DNA of 64,000 nucleotides from Octopus vulgaris (lineage: Eukaryota), in assembly GCA_951406725.2 (NCBI GenBank), contig OX597842.1:8184001-8248000 (forward strand), given 5' to 3'. Below are positions 1 to 10,672 of this stretch, one piece after another (within the stretch, counting starts at the first letter, position 1; every line of letters starts with the position of its first letter). A program made the position numbers and the translations under genes. The notes under the pieces were generated by a model that had not been told where the DNA came from, made no database searches, and saw nothing but the letters and a program-made list of their open reading frames with translations.

Positions 1-960
1 TCATTGATTTTCTTTTTTTTTAAACAGTTTGAGCGGACGTGACCCTTTTCGCCACATTTAAAGCACCTAGGTCTGCGCCCCTCCACTGACACTCTCATGG
101 AAGTTCCATCCTCATTAAATACCCTATCGGGCAAGTTTTCCAGTATCTTATTTTCTGCCTGAACGAGGAGTTCTAGCGTCTGTCCTTTCCAGCACACCTC
201 CTTTACTTCTCATCTGCAGAATTGAAACTTCCCACTCTACATTGTGCAGGACCGCCGCTGCTACCCACATTATATCATACCCTCTTGGTATATCCTCTAC
301 ATGTAGTTTGGCTGTTCTTTTCCCCATATACGAAGGTAGCAACATGATATCCTCATTTTTCAAGGTCATTGATGACACCTCTCTTGCTACCTCAGCTGAG
401 TCGAAATGTGCTTCAACGGTAGCGCTGCGAGCACCTCGAACAACGTGGCAAATTTTGTCCCACACCGGGGACAAGCACTTTTCTACTATTTCGTTCTTGA
501 CGTCCATTATTTTCTTCTCTCTGTTACTGTAAACCTTGTACACGACTGTCTTTGCCTTTATTCCTGTAATATTGCTTGTGGCGGTACCAGTTTTATTTCG
601 TTGCCTTCCTTTTTGACCAAGTTCCGGTATTCGAGCAACTGTTCTATTTTGAATTCCACTTCCGTTACGGTTCCGCTCACTGCGGCCGAAAAAGACTGTT
701 TTCTAACCTCAATATCCTTCTGTTCGCCTTTTCCCATCACGGGAAAGTCGCTCCACGACGCCAAGTCAAACTCTATTTCTCAAATTATGAGAACCAATTT
801 TTCAAAAGAAGTTACCCCGAAGGTAATAACAATGTTTATACACAGAATTTTCAGCCCCATAGGGTGAAAATTACTGTCACACAACGGACAACTGTTCAAA
901 TTCACGAGCAAACACAAACAACGACAAACAAAAAACGAACTCACTCAACAAAATAGGCAG
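1..960 (-). mobile_element. Tx1/L1-clade non-LTR retrotransposon ORF1 (gag-like) fragment with 5' UTR, disrupted
   Basis: ORFs 558..764 and 148..543 (IVEKCLSPVW...VRGARSATVEAHF...LLPSYMGKR) match the ORF1 motif of the elements at 42175 and 47440. A CCHC knuckle CFKCGEKGHVRSNC reads on minus at 24..65. Confidence 0.75.
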
Positions 961-1208
961 CTAACTTCTCAATACGCAGATGAAAGAGGGGTCCCTAGAC
1001 GCGTGACAAACCACCAGGTCATGATGAAAGGGAAGGCCGCCTTGCAAATATATGAGTTTTTCTAGTGACGTCTGCCACTGATTTCGAAAAACTGATAGTA
1101 AGCATTATTAAATCTCAGAATGAGATTGAAACGGTAATCGCTCGATAATGTAAAGTATAGAAGCCATCTTAACATGGCTAACCACATAGGGGAGGGGGTG
1201 TTACTGTA

Positions 1209-1406
1209 GCTTTATAGCCCCAGGAGATCGTCGTCTCCAGCTGGCTTTAGACACCATTTCAGTGCCCTTGAAGTATTTGCAAAGGGAGGCCAAGCGTATC
1301 ACTCAGGCTTGCGAGGAAGGGATGGCCTCCCTTTGCAAATACTTCAAGGGCACTGAAATGGTATCTAAAGCCAGCTGGAGACGACGATCTCTTGGGGCTA
1401 TAAAGC
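1209..1406. repeat. 84-bp inverted repeat with 30-bp spacer (long hairpin)
   Basis: 1209..1292 is the reverse complement of 1323..1406 with 2 mismatches by manual comparison. Confidence 0.95.
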
Positions 1407-1636
1407 CTGTCGTATATATGTATGTGTGTGTGTGTGTCTGTGTTTGTCCCCCTAGCATTGCTTGACAACCGATGCTGGTGTGTTTACGTCCCCGTCACTT
1501 AGCGGTTCGGCAAAAGAGACCGATAGAATAAGTACTGGGCTTACAAAGAATAAGTCCCGGGGTCGATTTGCTCGACTAAAGGCGGTGCTCCAGCATGGCC
1601 GCAGTCAAATGACTGAAACAAGTAAATGAGAATGAG
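1407..1636 (+). mobile_element. 3' half of abundant tRNA-derived SINE (family S1)
   Basis: Same body and tail (ggcggtgctccagcatggccgcagtcaaatgactgaaacaagtaaa) as the reverse-oriented copies at 26922 and 56032. Confidence 0.85.
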
Positions 1637-2003
1637 TGTAACAAGATGAAATGTTGGGCATAGAAACCCCACACACACCACGACCTAACACTGCTCTCAC
1701 ACTGGAGACTAAGGTATTCCGTTCAAGTTGGCCACATTCATATTGTTACGACCTGCCATCGCTCAACTCAGACTCAGGACCCTAAGTCAGAGGTACTTCC
1801 TACCCTCATTAATTTCCCTTACCGGTGACAAGACAAATACCCATTATTTCTTTTCCCAGCCAACAGAAGTGGGTCATAGCATTTTCTCTTTATTTTTTTC
1901 ACCTTCGCAACACTATCTATCTATCCAGGGACTTTGAGAGAGAGAGATATCAGAAACAAAAATAAGAACGCGACATTTGCTGATCGGTTGTATTAAAGTA
2001 AAG

Positions 2004-2892
2004 ATGTCTTGTTCTTGCGAATTCAAATATTATATTTGCATGCGTAACTTTATTCAGGAAGACAGAAAAGCTACAGAATTCCTTCGGAATCATGGTGTCC
2101 TACCAACTTCTGTAACATGTCTTCGATGTGGAAGCAAATGTATATACAGAGAAGACCAGCATATTTGGAGATGTAGGAAGAGTTTTACTGTCGCAAAATC
2201 AAAGAAGCGGCGTCAATGTGGCTATTCGATATCAGACTTTCATGGGACCTTTCTTGATAATGCACGCATTCGTCCATGGAAGCTTATTATCTTTGTGAAT
2301 GAGTTTCTGCTTGGTGCATAGCAGCATATAAGAGTCGTAGAAAACCTGGAATTGAGTCCAGCAACTAGTGTAGACTGGAGATCATTTTGTTCCAAAGTTA
2401 CGGAAAATTGGCTTCAATCTCAGGAAGCGATCGGTGGCGAATCAATCGAAGTCGAAATTGATGAGACTTTGATTGTTCATCGTAAATACGGGAGGGGTCG
2501 AATTTTGAGCCAAGTTTGGTTGTTTAGAGCGAACCAGTAAGCGTCGTTTTGTTGTGCCTCTTATTAATAAGAAGCGTGACAAAGCGACACTGGTTCCTCC
2601 AATTCAAAAACATATCAAACCTGGCTCCAATTATTTACAGCGATTCTTGGGCTGCCTACAAAGATCTAAGCAGTTTGGGTTACCACCATTACGTGATAAA
2701 CCATTCCGAAAACTTTGTAGATCCAACACACAAAACATTGAACGTTTGTGGAGAGATGTGAAAGAATGGATTCGGTGACCAGGCATGAAGCCGGAATATC
2801 TAAATCAATATCTGTCTAGATATTTATTTATCTCCTCGGAGAGTAATAAATTTTTGCTACTCCACAAATTCTTTCGACAGGCTGCCAAATTA
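2004..2892 (+). mobile_element. Merlin (IS1595/ISXO2-like) DDE transposase, frameshifted
   Basis: N-terminal Zn ribbon (CLRCG...WRC), EVEIDETL..RKYGRGR..QVWLF, IIYSDSWAAY..L...GYHHYVINHSENFVDP and TQNIERLWRDVK spread over ORFs 1977-2778. Confidence 0.85.
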
Positions 2893-3089
2893 TGTTTCTC
2901 TGTAATTTTACCGTTATAGAACTTATCGTGTACCACATGAACTGGTAACTAACTGGTAAATCAATATGCTGAGACTTCTCTTATGCTCTGTAATTTTACC
3001 TGTATTTCTGTTGTATTCGCATGCACCTTTATTTGTACCTTCTGTTGCTAAAAAAATTCCATATTCTTAATCTCTGTATTTTTCCACAC

Positions 3090-5270
3090 TTCGCTCTCTA
3101 TCGGACAGTAGTTTTGTTCCGCTTGAATTGTTGCACGAGATGCAAACGAAACAGGTAGCCATCTTTCGTTGTGTTTCTGCTCAAGTATTGCTCCGAGCTC
3201 ATGCTTACTAGTATCTGTAGTTATTTTTATTGGTAGATCTGGATCATAAAATTGTAGCACTGGTTTTCTGGTAATCATTTCTTTTAGCTTTTTTATTGCT
3301 TCGATTTGTGGTTTGTCGAATGACCATAACGTGTCACTCTGAAGAAGCTGGCATAATGGTGCTGTAACTTCGGAGAAATTTGATAAAAATTTACATAGGT
3401 AATTTGCCATACCTAGGAATCTTTGTAATTCTTTTTTACTTGTTGGCAGTGGCATGTGAATGATTGCTTGTACTTTGGTTGGATCTTGTTTTATCCCTTC
3501 GCTGGTTAATAGATGCCCAAGGTACGTGATTTGTGATTCATAGAAGATGCACTTTGATTTATTTAACTTTAATCCGTGCTTTCGGATTCGATCGAAAACT
3601 TGTAGTCTATTTGTGTGTTCTTCTAAAGTGCTGGACCAGATTATAATGTCATCCTGTGAATTTCTTGCTCCTTCTATGCCCTCTATTACTTTTGCGATTT
3701 CTTTTTGGAAAACTTCACTGGCGCTGTGAATTCCATAGGGTAGTCATGTGAAGCGATATCTTCCAAAAGGTGTGTTGAATGTTAACAGGTGGGAGCTTTC
3801 TTCGTCAACTGGAATTTGCCAGTATCCATTAGATGCATCGAGTTTCGAGAAATATTTAGGTTTATGCATTTGTGCAAAAATGTCCTCCGCTGTGGGGAGT
3901 TTGGAATGTTGCCTTCTTATGGCTTTGTTTAGATTCTTGGGGTCTAAACAGAGTCGGAGTTTTCCGTTGGCTTTTTCAACGATGACTAGGGAATTTACCC
4001 AGTCTGCAGGCTCACTAACAGGTTTTATGATTCCTAATTCTGTCATTCTTTTTAATTTTTTGTTGAGTTTTTCTTTTATAGAAAAAGGAACCGATCTTGG
4101 TGGATGAATTACAGGAGTTATTTGTGGATCCACTGTGATATGATGTGTTATTGACAAAGTGCTGATTTCTCCGAAACAGTCTTCATATTTTTCTATTATG
4201 TCGTTTGCGTTCGACGAATTTATTTTAAAAATTCTCTGAATTAGGTTCAGATCTTGAGCTGTCTTTGCATCTATAACTGCGTGCGAGTTTGTTTTTGCAA
4301 CGATGAATTTCATTTGTTTTGATACTTCTTTGTATTTAACGACTGCTGTGCATTTTCCTAGCACTTTTATAGCTGTGTTATTGTAAGCTGATAATCGAGT
4401 TGAGTTTTTTTGCAGTTGTGGTTTTGGAATTATAGTTTTATATTCTCTGAATGGCAGTACGGTTACGTCTGCTCCAGTATCAATTTTGAATGTTATATTT
4501 GTGTTATTCACTTTTAGTTCGACTGTCCAAATGTCTTTTGGAGTCTTGAACTTTTCGATTTTGTGCACACGGGAATTATTTGAAGTGATCATTTTGAGTG
4601 CATGTGTATCGTCATCTGATTCATCGTCCGTATGTATCTCTACTTTATGTACAAATTTTCTTGATTTGCACATTTTTGCATAGTGTCCTTGTTTCTTGCA
4701 TTTTTCACATATCTTGTGAAATGCTGGGCATTTATTTCTTTTGTGATTATAACCACAATAGTGACAGTTAGTGACGTAGTGTTGACTTAGTGCTTGAAAC
4801 TTCGCGGGCTTTCTATCACTTCCGCCTTGCTCATTTTGATGTCTGGATTGCATATGTCGAGTTATTTGAGTTTTGGCGCCTTTTCTGTCGTGTTGACTAT
4901 ATACCCTCGAGATTTCGTTATCTCTTGTTTCGGATGTGGCATTCAGCATCCTTGATTGGTGTCGTGTTTGCTCTGCACTCTGACCTTTCTTGAATTGTTT
5001 TTTGTAAGTCTAAATTTGGTTCTCTCAATAATCTTTCTCTTAGTTTCATGTCTCTGATTCCACATATCAGAATATCTCTGGTGAGACTGTCTGTGAGGTT
5101 GCCGAATTCGCACTGTTGTGCCTTTTGGCGCAACTCTACCCACATACTCATCAAATTTTTGATGTTCCGCTTGTCCACATGTGAAGAATTTGTGTCTCAG
5201 GAAAGTTATGTTTTTCCTGGGTTCACAATATGTATCGAATTTTTCGATTACTGTTTGAAGGTTCATTTCT
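3090..5270 (-). mobile_element. Ty3/Gypsy gag-pol fragment (gag, CCHC, protease, RT, RNase H), disrupted
   Basis: Gag (FDTYCEPRKN..RHKFF, DILICGIRD..LRERLLRE), CEKCKKQGHYAKMC, protease IDTGAD, RT (KLRLCLDP.NLN, FSKLDASNGYWQIP, TFNTPFGRYRF), RNase H (LQRFLGMANY, WLPVSFASR). Confidence 0.92.
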
Positions 5271-5281
5271 TAGTTGGTTGA

Positions 5282-6240
5282 ATCTGTAACAGGATCTGCA
5301 ACGGGGCTAAGCAAATTAGTCTGGCGTTTGAAGAACACAAATTCAACTTTTACGCTGGAATGGTCAATATTGTCGGTGTCCTTACCGTTTGATAAGGGCA
5401 GAAAAATCTGTGCCCTCTGTAATTCTGAACTTTTTCACATTCTGTTTGCCTGAGGCCAAGTAATAAACTCAATTGTCGAGAGATCTTTCAGATGCTTACA
5501 CTGGAAAAAGCATACCTTTCACTCATACCAATGAACTCTAATATAGATAACCCCTGGATTTCCTACAAAATTAATTTGTGATATCTCATCCCTTTAGTTT
5601 ATAAGATTTTCTCATAACTTCTAAGAGCTGCTACCAATTCCAGTAGTCCCCTCGTCTCTTGTCACTACTATTGTGGGCTCTCTCTGCCCACTCCCTCTTA
5701 AGTTGACACATTCGAACACACAGATACAGTCCTTTCACCTCTTGACTATTAATTTTCTGTCAGCCTTCTACACACACAATCACGCATTCACAGACACACA
5801 CACACATTAAGACAATTATACACACTCACACATACGAGCACTCATTCATAAAACAAATCAAATATAAACACCAGTCAAACGGAATGCATTCCCTCACCTT
5901 AATATTCTTTTACCTTCCTCCTCCAACCTCGATTGAACCCTTGAACTCTAGTAACTGCCTGTTTCGCCTACATTCAACCAATCTGACGTCACCCCCTATA
6001 AATAGACACTATTTATCATTATCGCTATGGGCTCCTCGAGAGCAGTCATCTAAAAACTTGTTGTGTATTTTGTTGTCGAAAGAAGTTCCTGGATTTTCCT
6101 GATGAGAAAGCTGCATAATGGACTCCTTAGTCACTCGGAATTAGGGACTTTGCAGACTTCGAAACATATGTCGAAAATAAAATAAAGGAATTTTGTTAAA
6201 TCTTCGCTCAGCTCCATTCTTTCCTATACTTATAATATTA
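5282..6240 (+). mobile_element. Penelope-like element 3' end (GIY-YIG C-terminus plus pLTR)
   Basis: 5292..5534 translates to ATGLSKLVWRLKNTNSTFTLEWSIL...GRKICALCNSELFHIL..*..FRCLHWKKH*, typical of a Penelope endonuclease C-terminus. It is followed by a hammerhead and AATAAA. Confidence 0.75.
6093..6178 (+). ncRNA. Type I hammerhead ribozyme (Penelope-type)
   Basis: Stem I attttc/gaaaat, core CTGATGA (6099-6105), extended stem II gaaagctgca...tgcagacttc, GAAAC, palindromic stem III ACATATGT, GTC cleavage triplet. Confidence 0.8.
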
Positions 6241-6385
6241 AATTAAACTTCAAATTTCCGCACTAAGGCACGGAGTATATGCCCTATGGTCGTAACTTCA
6301 ACCGTGTTCTTTCTGTTGTGAGTTTGCTACCCAGGTATTGGTTATCTTTCGAATTATCCGTAATAAGATAATTCATTTATCTACT

Positions 6386-6427
<42 letters not shown>

Positions 6428-7144
6428 AACATACATAAGGGAAGGTGGTGTACGTACGCCGCAATAATATAGGAATAAAATTTATATATAAAGAAACAAG
6501 AACGTGAAATACACAAAGGGACGAACACAGAAAACAGACGGGTCATTCGAAGCCTTTAATCTTCAGTCAGAAACTGGATCATCATAGCAAATTTCGGCTG
6601 ATTAATTCTGATATTTGCTCCAACGAGGTCAGCCCCAAGGAAAAACTAAGCTGTGAGCATTAGATTTCTTGGAAAAAGGAACGAATGTAAACAAATATAA
6701 ATACAAAAAACGAAAACAAAAATAAAAACAAGAATGGTTAATGACAGGATAACAGCAGGTGTCTTACGACTTTAGACAAAATGAGACAAATATAACTTAT
6801 CTAGCAGGCGTGTTTGGAAACAATTGCCTTTTCGGCAGAGGGGGAACGATGTTGAGCGGGCCGCAGTCACCAACGGAATGGCTGTATGAAAGGAAATAGT
6901 GAGTACTTAGTATGAAAGATTAAGAAAGTGAGAGAGACTGAATAAACGTGTTAACAATATGAGATACTTTATTAGACTGCTGCTTATACAAGGTATCTCC
7001 CGGGGCAGGAGATTTACTGATTGTCTCTGTATCAAGGGAGATAATGGGCGATGTTAATTGTTCATATTTGTTGTGATGATTACATTAACAACTACCACTT
7101 TTCTTGGGTGGCATTTTTTCATAACTTTCAATATGTGCGTCTCT

Positions 7145-9800
7145 GGCAGATGGCAATCCCTCAAGGTCGAGGATGATGGTCTTCGCGCAAATTTACTGGT
7201 GAGTCCGTAGGTGACCGATAAGACCAATTCTTGCTTGAAAAGATCGGTCGTAGTGCGGACATCAAGTGCCGGAAGGGAGAGTTGCACGTGGTTGTTGTTG
7301 GCGCTCCTTCCGTCGTCGTCTTTTCTCCTCCAGCTCTGCAGACCTTTTCGACTCGAAAGTCGCCGTTCCCTCATGGATGGTGGTTTTCCAGAGTGGTCTG
7401 TTTTTTGCCATTTCCTCCCAGTTAGTGAAGTCGATGTCACACTTTTTGAGGTTCGTTTTCAGGGAGTCCTTGTAGCGTTTCTTCTGGCCTCCTTTTGTAC
7501 GCTTGCCGTCTTTGAGTTGGGAGTAGAAGATCTGTTTGGGAAGTCGTCCGTCAGTCATTCTAACCACGTGGCCACTCCATCTTAGTTGGCCTTTGATGAC
7601 ATAGGCTTCAATGCTGGTCATTTTTGCTTCTTGTAGCACGCTGACGTTAGTTCTTCTGTCTTCCCAGCTGATGTTAAGGATCTTCCGAAGACAGCGTTGG
7701 TGAAATTTCTCAAGCGTTTTCAGGTGGTGACTATACGGGGTCCAGGTTTCGGATGCGTAAAGGAGGGTTGGAATAATGACTGCCCTGTACACCATGAGTT
7801 TGGTTTCGGTTCGGATGTCCCGATCAGCAAAAACTCTTGTTCGAAGCTTGCCAAAAGCTGTTCCTGCACACTTCAGACGGTGTTGGATTTCATCGCTGAG
7901 GTCTACCTTTGCTGACAGATGGCTCCCAAGGTAGCAGAAATGGTTCACAATTTCCAGTGGAATTCCTTCGAGTTGGATCTGTTGGAGGTGATCCTCTCTG
8001 TAAGCTGCTACACTGTTGTCGTTGGCATATTGGAACTCTAGCAAGCTTCGCGCCATTGTCTTTGATGTACTTTTGAGGCGAGTGAGGTTGAAAAGCTTGC
8101 CGTCCATTCTGTACGAGATCTCGATGCCAGGTGGAAGGTCATCTAGTATGATGTGCAACACTGTCGCGATAAAGATGGTAAAGAGAGTTGGCGCTATCAC
8201 GCAGCCTTGCTTCACTCCGGAGGTGACTTTAAAGGGCTCAGAACTGCCTCCGTCGGTCTGGACTCTGGCGTGCATATTGTCGTGGAGGAGTTTGAGGATC
8301 CGGATGAACTTATCTGGGCATCCATACTGGGCGAGAATATCCCAGAGGAGCTCTCGCGAGACACGATCAAAGGCTTTGGATAGGTCGATAAAGGCCAAAT
8401 AGAGCGGTTGGTGTTGCTCACGACATTTTTCTTGTAGCTGTCGCAGCGTGAAGATCATGTCAGTTGTGCTTCGTGATGGCCTAAAGCCGGTCTGCATCTC
8501 AGGAAGGATCTTCTCTGACAGCGTTTTCAGGCGGTTGTTCAGGATGTGTGCAAGAATCTTCCCAGCAGTTGCTAATAAGGAAATACCCGGTAATTTCCAC
8601 ACTCAGAACGATTGCCCTTTCGTTTGTAAATGGTAATGATGTTAGCATCCCTGAAGTCGGATGGTACAACTTCATTTGTCCAGATTTTGACCAAGAGTTG
8701 GTGGAGTTGGTGTTGGACAAAATCACCTCCCAGTTTGTAGATCTCAGCTGCGATTCCATCAGGACCCACGGCTTTGTTCTTCATCGCTGTGATAGCAATT
8801 TTGACCTCTTCAAGGGATGCAATTTGAGCGAGAGAGTAATCTTTGGCCTCTTTAGGAATCATGTCAAGTATGCTTTTGTCGATGGTAGCCTTGTGATTGA
8901 GGAGGTCATCAAAGTGTTCTCTCCATCTGTCTCCTATTTCGGTGTTGCTTTTCAGGATAGTCGCTCCGTCTTTACTCTTCAGAGGAGCCTGTCCATGTGT
9001 GGCAGGTCCGTATATTTCTTTCGTGGCTTTGAAGAACCCTCTGGTGTCGTTTACATCTGCTAGCTGCTGGATTTCACGAGATTTGTGTCTCCACCACTGG
9101 TTCTTCAGGGTACGGGTTGTCCTTTGAACTGCGGCTTTGCACTTTATGAAAGACTTGTTTAGTGGCAGACTTTGGATCATTCTGTGAGCTGATGAAAGCT
9201 TTCCATTTTTGGTCGATCAGTTCTTTGAGAGCTTCATCATTTGTCGTCGAACCAGTCCTGGTGTTTCCTTTTCTTGTGACCGATGGTTTCTTCGCAAGCG
9301 GTGATGATGGTTTCTTTCAGCTGGTTCCAATTTTCTTCGACGAGATGGTTTGGAGTCTTATTTTGAAGATTGACCTGTAGGCGCTGCTGGAAAGCGACAC
9401 GAGTTTTTGGGTCTTGCAGTGCTTCGATGTTGAATTTCTTTACTCTGCTTTCCTTGCTGTGATATTTAACTTTTGGTCGGAGTTTGATTTTCATGGTGGA
9501 GGCGATGATCTGTCCAGCACTCATCTGCTCCAGTGGCGGCTCTGGTGAGCAACACATCTTGCTGGTCTCGGGATCTCACGATGACATGCCATTTTTTAGA
9601 TCTTGGATGCTGCCATGAGACCTTATATCGATTCTTCTGGCGAAAAAGGGTGTTGGTTATCACCAGGTTATGTTCAGCACATTTGGTGAGTAGCAGAGTT
9701 CCATTGGCATTGACTTTTCCCACTCCTTCCTTTCCGATGGTTCCTGTCCAGAGTTCACGATCTCTCCCAACTCTGGCGTTGAAATCTCCCAGGAGAATGA
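7145..9800 (-). mobile_element. RTE-clade LINE, APE C-terminal half plus RT to 3' end, frameshifted
   Basis: IILLGDFNARVG, GPDGIAAEIYK, QTGFRPSRSTTDMIFTLRQLQEKCREQ, AFIDLSKAFD, GVKQGCVIAPTLF, degenerate YAND, LRWSGHVVRM. Confidence 0.92.
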
Positions 9801-9885
9801 TCTGCAAAAGTTCAACCCCTCCTCCACGGGGTGCAGACTGGGCAACGAGCACAGCAAGCCAGCTGTGCTAGCGGCAAACGGGGCT
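9801..9885 (+). ncRNA. HDV-like self-cleaving ribozyme at the RTE 5' end
   Basis: P1 tctgca/tgcaga, P2 agttc/gggct, P3-L3 ccc-tcctccac-ggg, GGGCAAC, P4 agcacagc/gctgtgct and a J4/2-like GGCAAA, in the canonical HDV order. Confidence 0.65.
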
Positions 9886-10672
9886 CTGACAGTCATCAAG
9901 TCCTCAATGGTGGAACAGGCGGATGAGGTTGCCTTAACAACTCAACGGCTGTGAAAGTGGACGAAGGCTGCAGCAGACCATCGACTCATATCGTCTCGGT
10001 TTACCTTGCCATTGGGTCAAGTTGGTGGTCTGTCAAGTTTACGTGTGCTTTACTGGGCGTGCGACCTCAAGCACACGTTAAAAAATTTCACGCACAGGCG
10101 TCTTCGCCACCACTCTTATTCATTCCAAGTCTTTCGGCGATCGGCAAGTGAAGGCTGGAGGCTCCTAGTGCAGAACCGGCACGGATGCGGTGGTTACATG
10201 ACTCAGTCGCTCTATCTTTCGGAAGAAGCAGGGAAGATGTTCGGCAGCAGTATCCACGACTGAGCAGCCCTGTTTAGGATCCACTCTGCTCAACTTGAAT
10301 TGGGAAGGGGCTAGAAAAGGTGCCCTAAACATAGTCTGCTTCACCCCAATCCTGTCTGGAAAACCGCGTCCAGAGGGATCACCATCATGCGGTCAAAAAT
10401 CAAGATCAAGATACGCAACGCTGCAATTCGGGACCTGGAATGTCAGGACTCTCATAGATAACACCAACTCAGACAGACCTGAAAGGCGAACTGCAATCAT
10501 CGCCCGGGAACTCCATCGATTCAATTTTGACATCGTAGCTCTCAGTGAAGGCCGGCTGAGAGAAGAAGGCGGTCAATACACCTTTTTCTGGAAAGGTTAC
10601 GATCCCGACCATCAATGGATCCATGGTGTGGGTTTTGCAATACGAAACACCATCCTATCCAAACTGATTGAA
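9801..10672 (+). mobile_element. Inverted 5' UTR plus APE N-terminus of the same RTE element
   Basis: ORF 10295..10702 contains GTWNVRTL...PERRTAIIAREL.RFNFDIVALSE...YTFFWKG...HGVGFAI, the RTE APE start, in opposite orientation to the adjoining RT. Confidence 0.85.

Noticed and set aside
6530-6690. Possible minus-strand hammerhead (ctgaaga...cgaa...gtc)
   Set aside because: The stems do not pair convincingly; at most a decayed Penelope-type terminus.
6985-7015. Weak minus-strand resemblance to the U1 snRNA 5' end (cctg...gggagatacc)
   Set aside because: Short and mismatched, lacks ACTTACC, and has no downstream U1 sequence.
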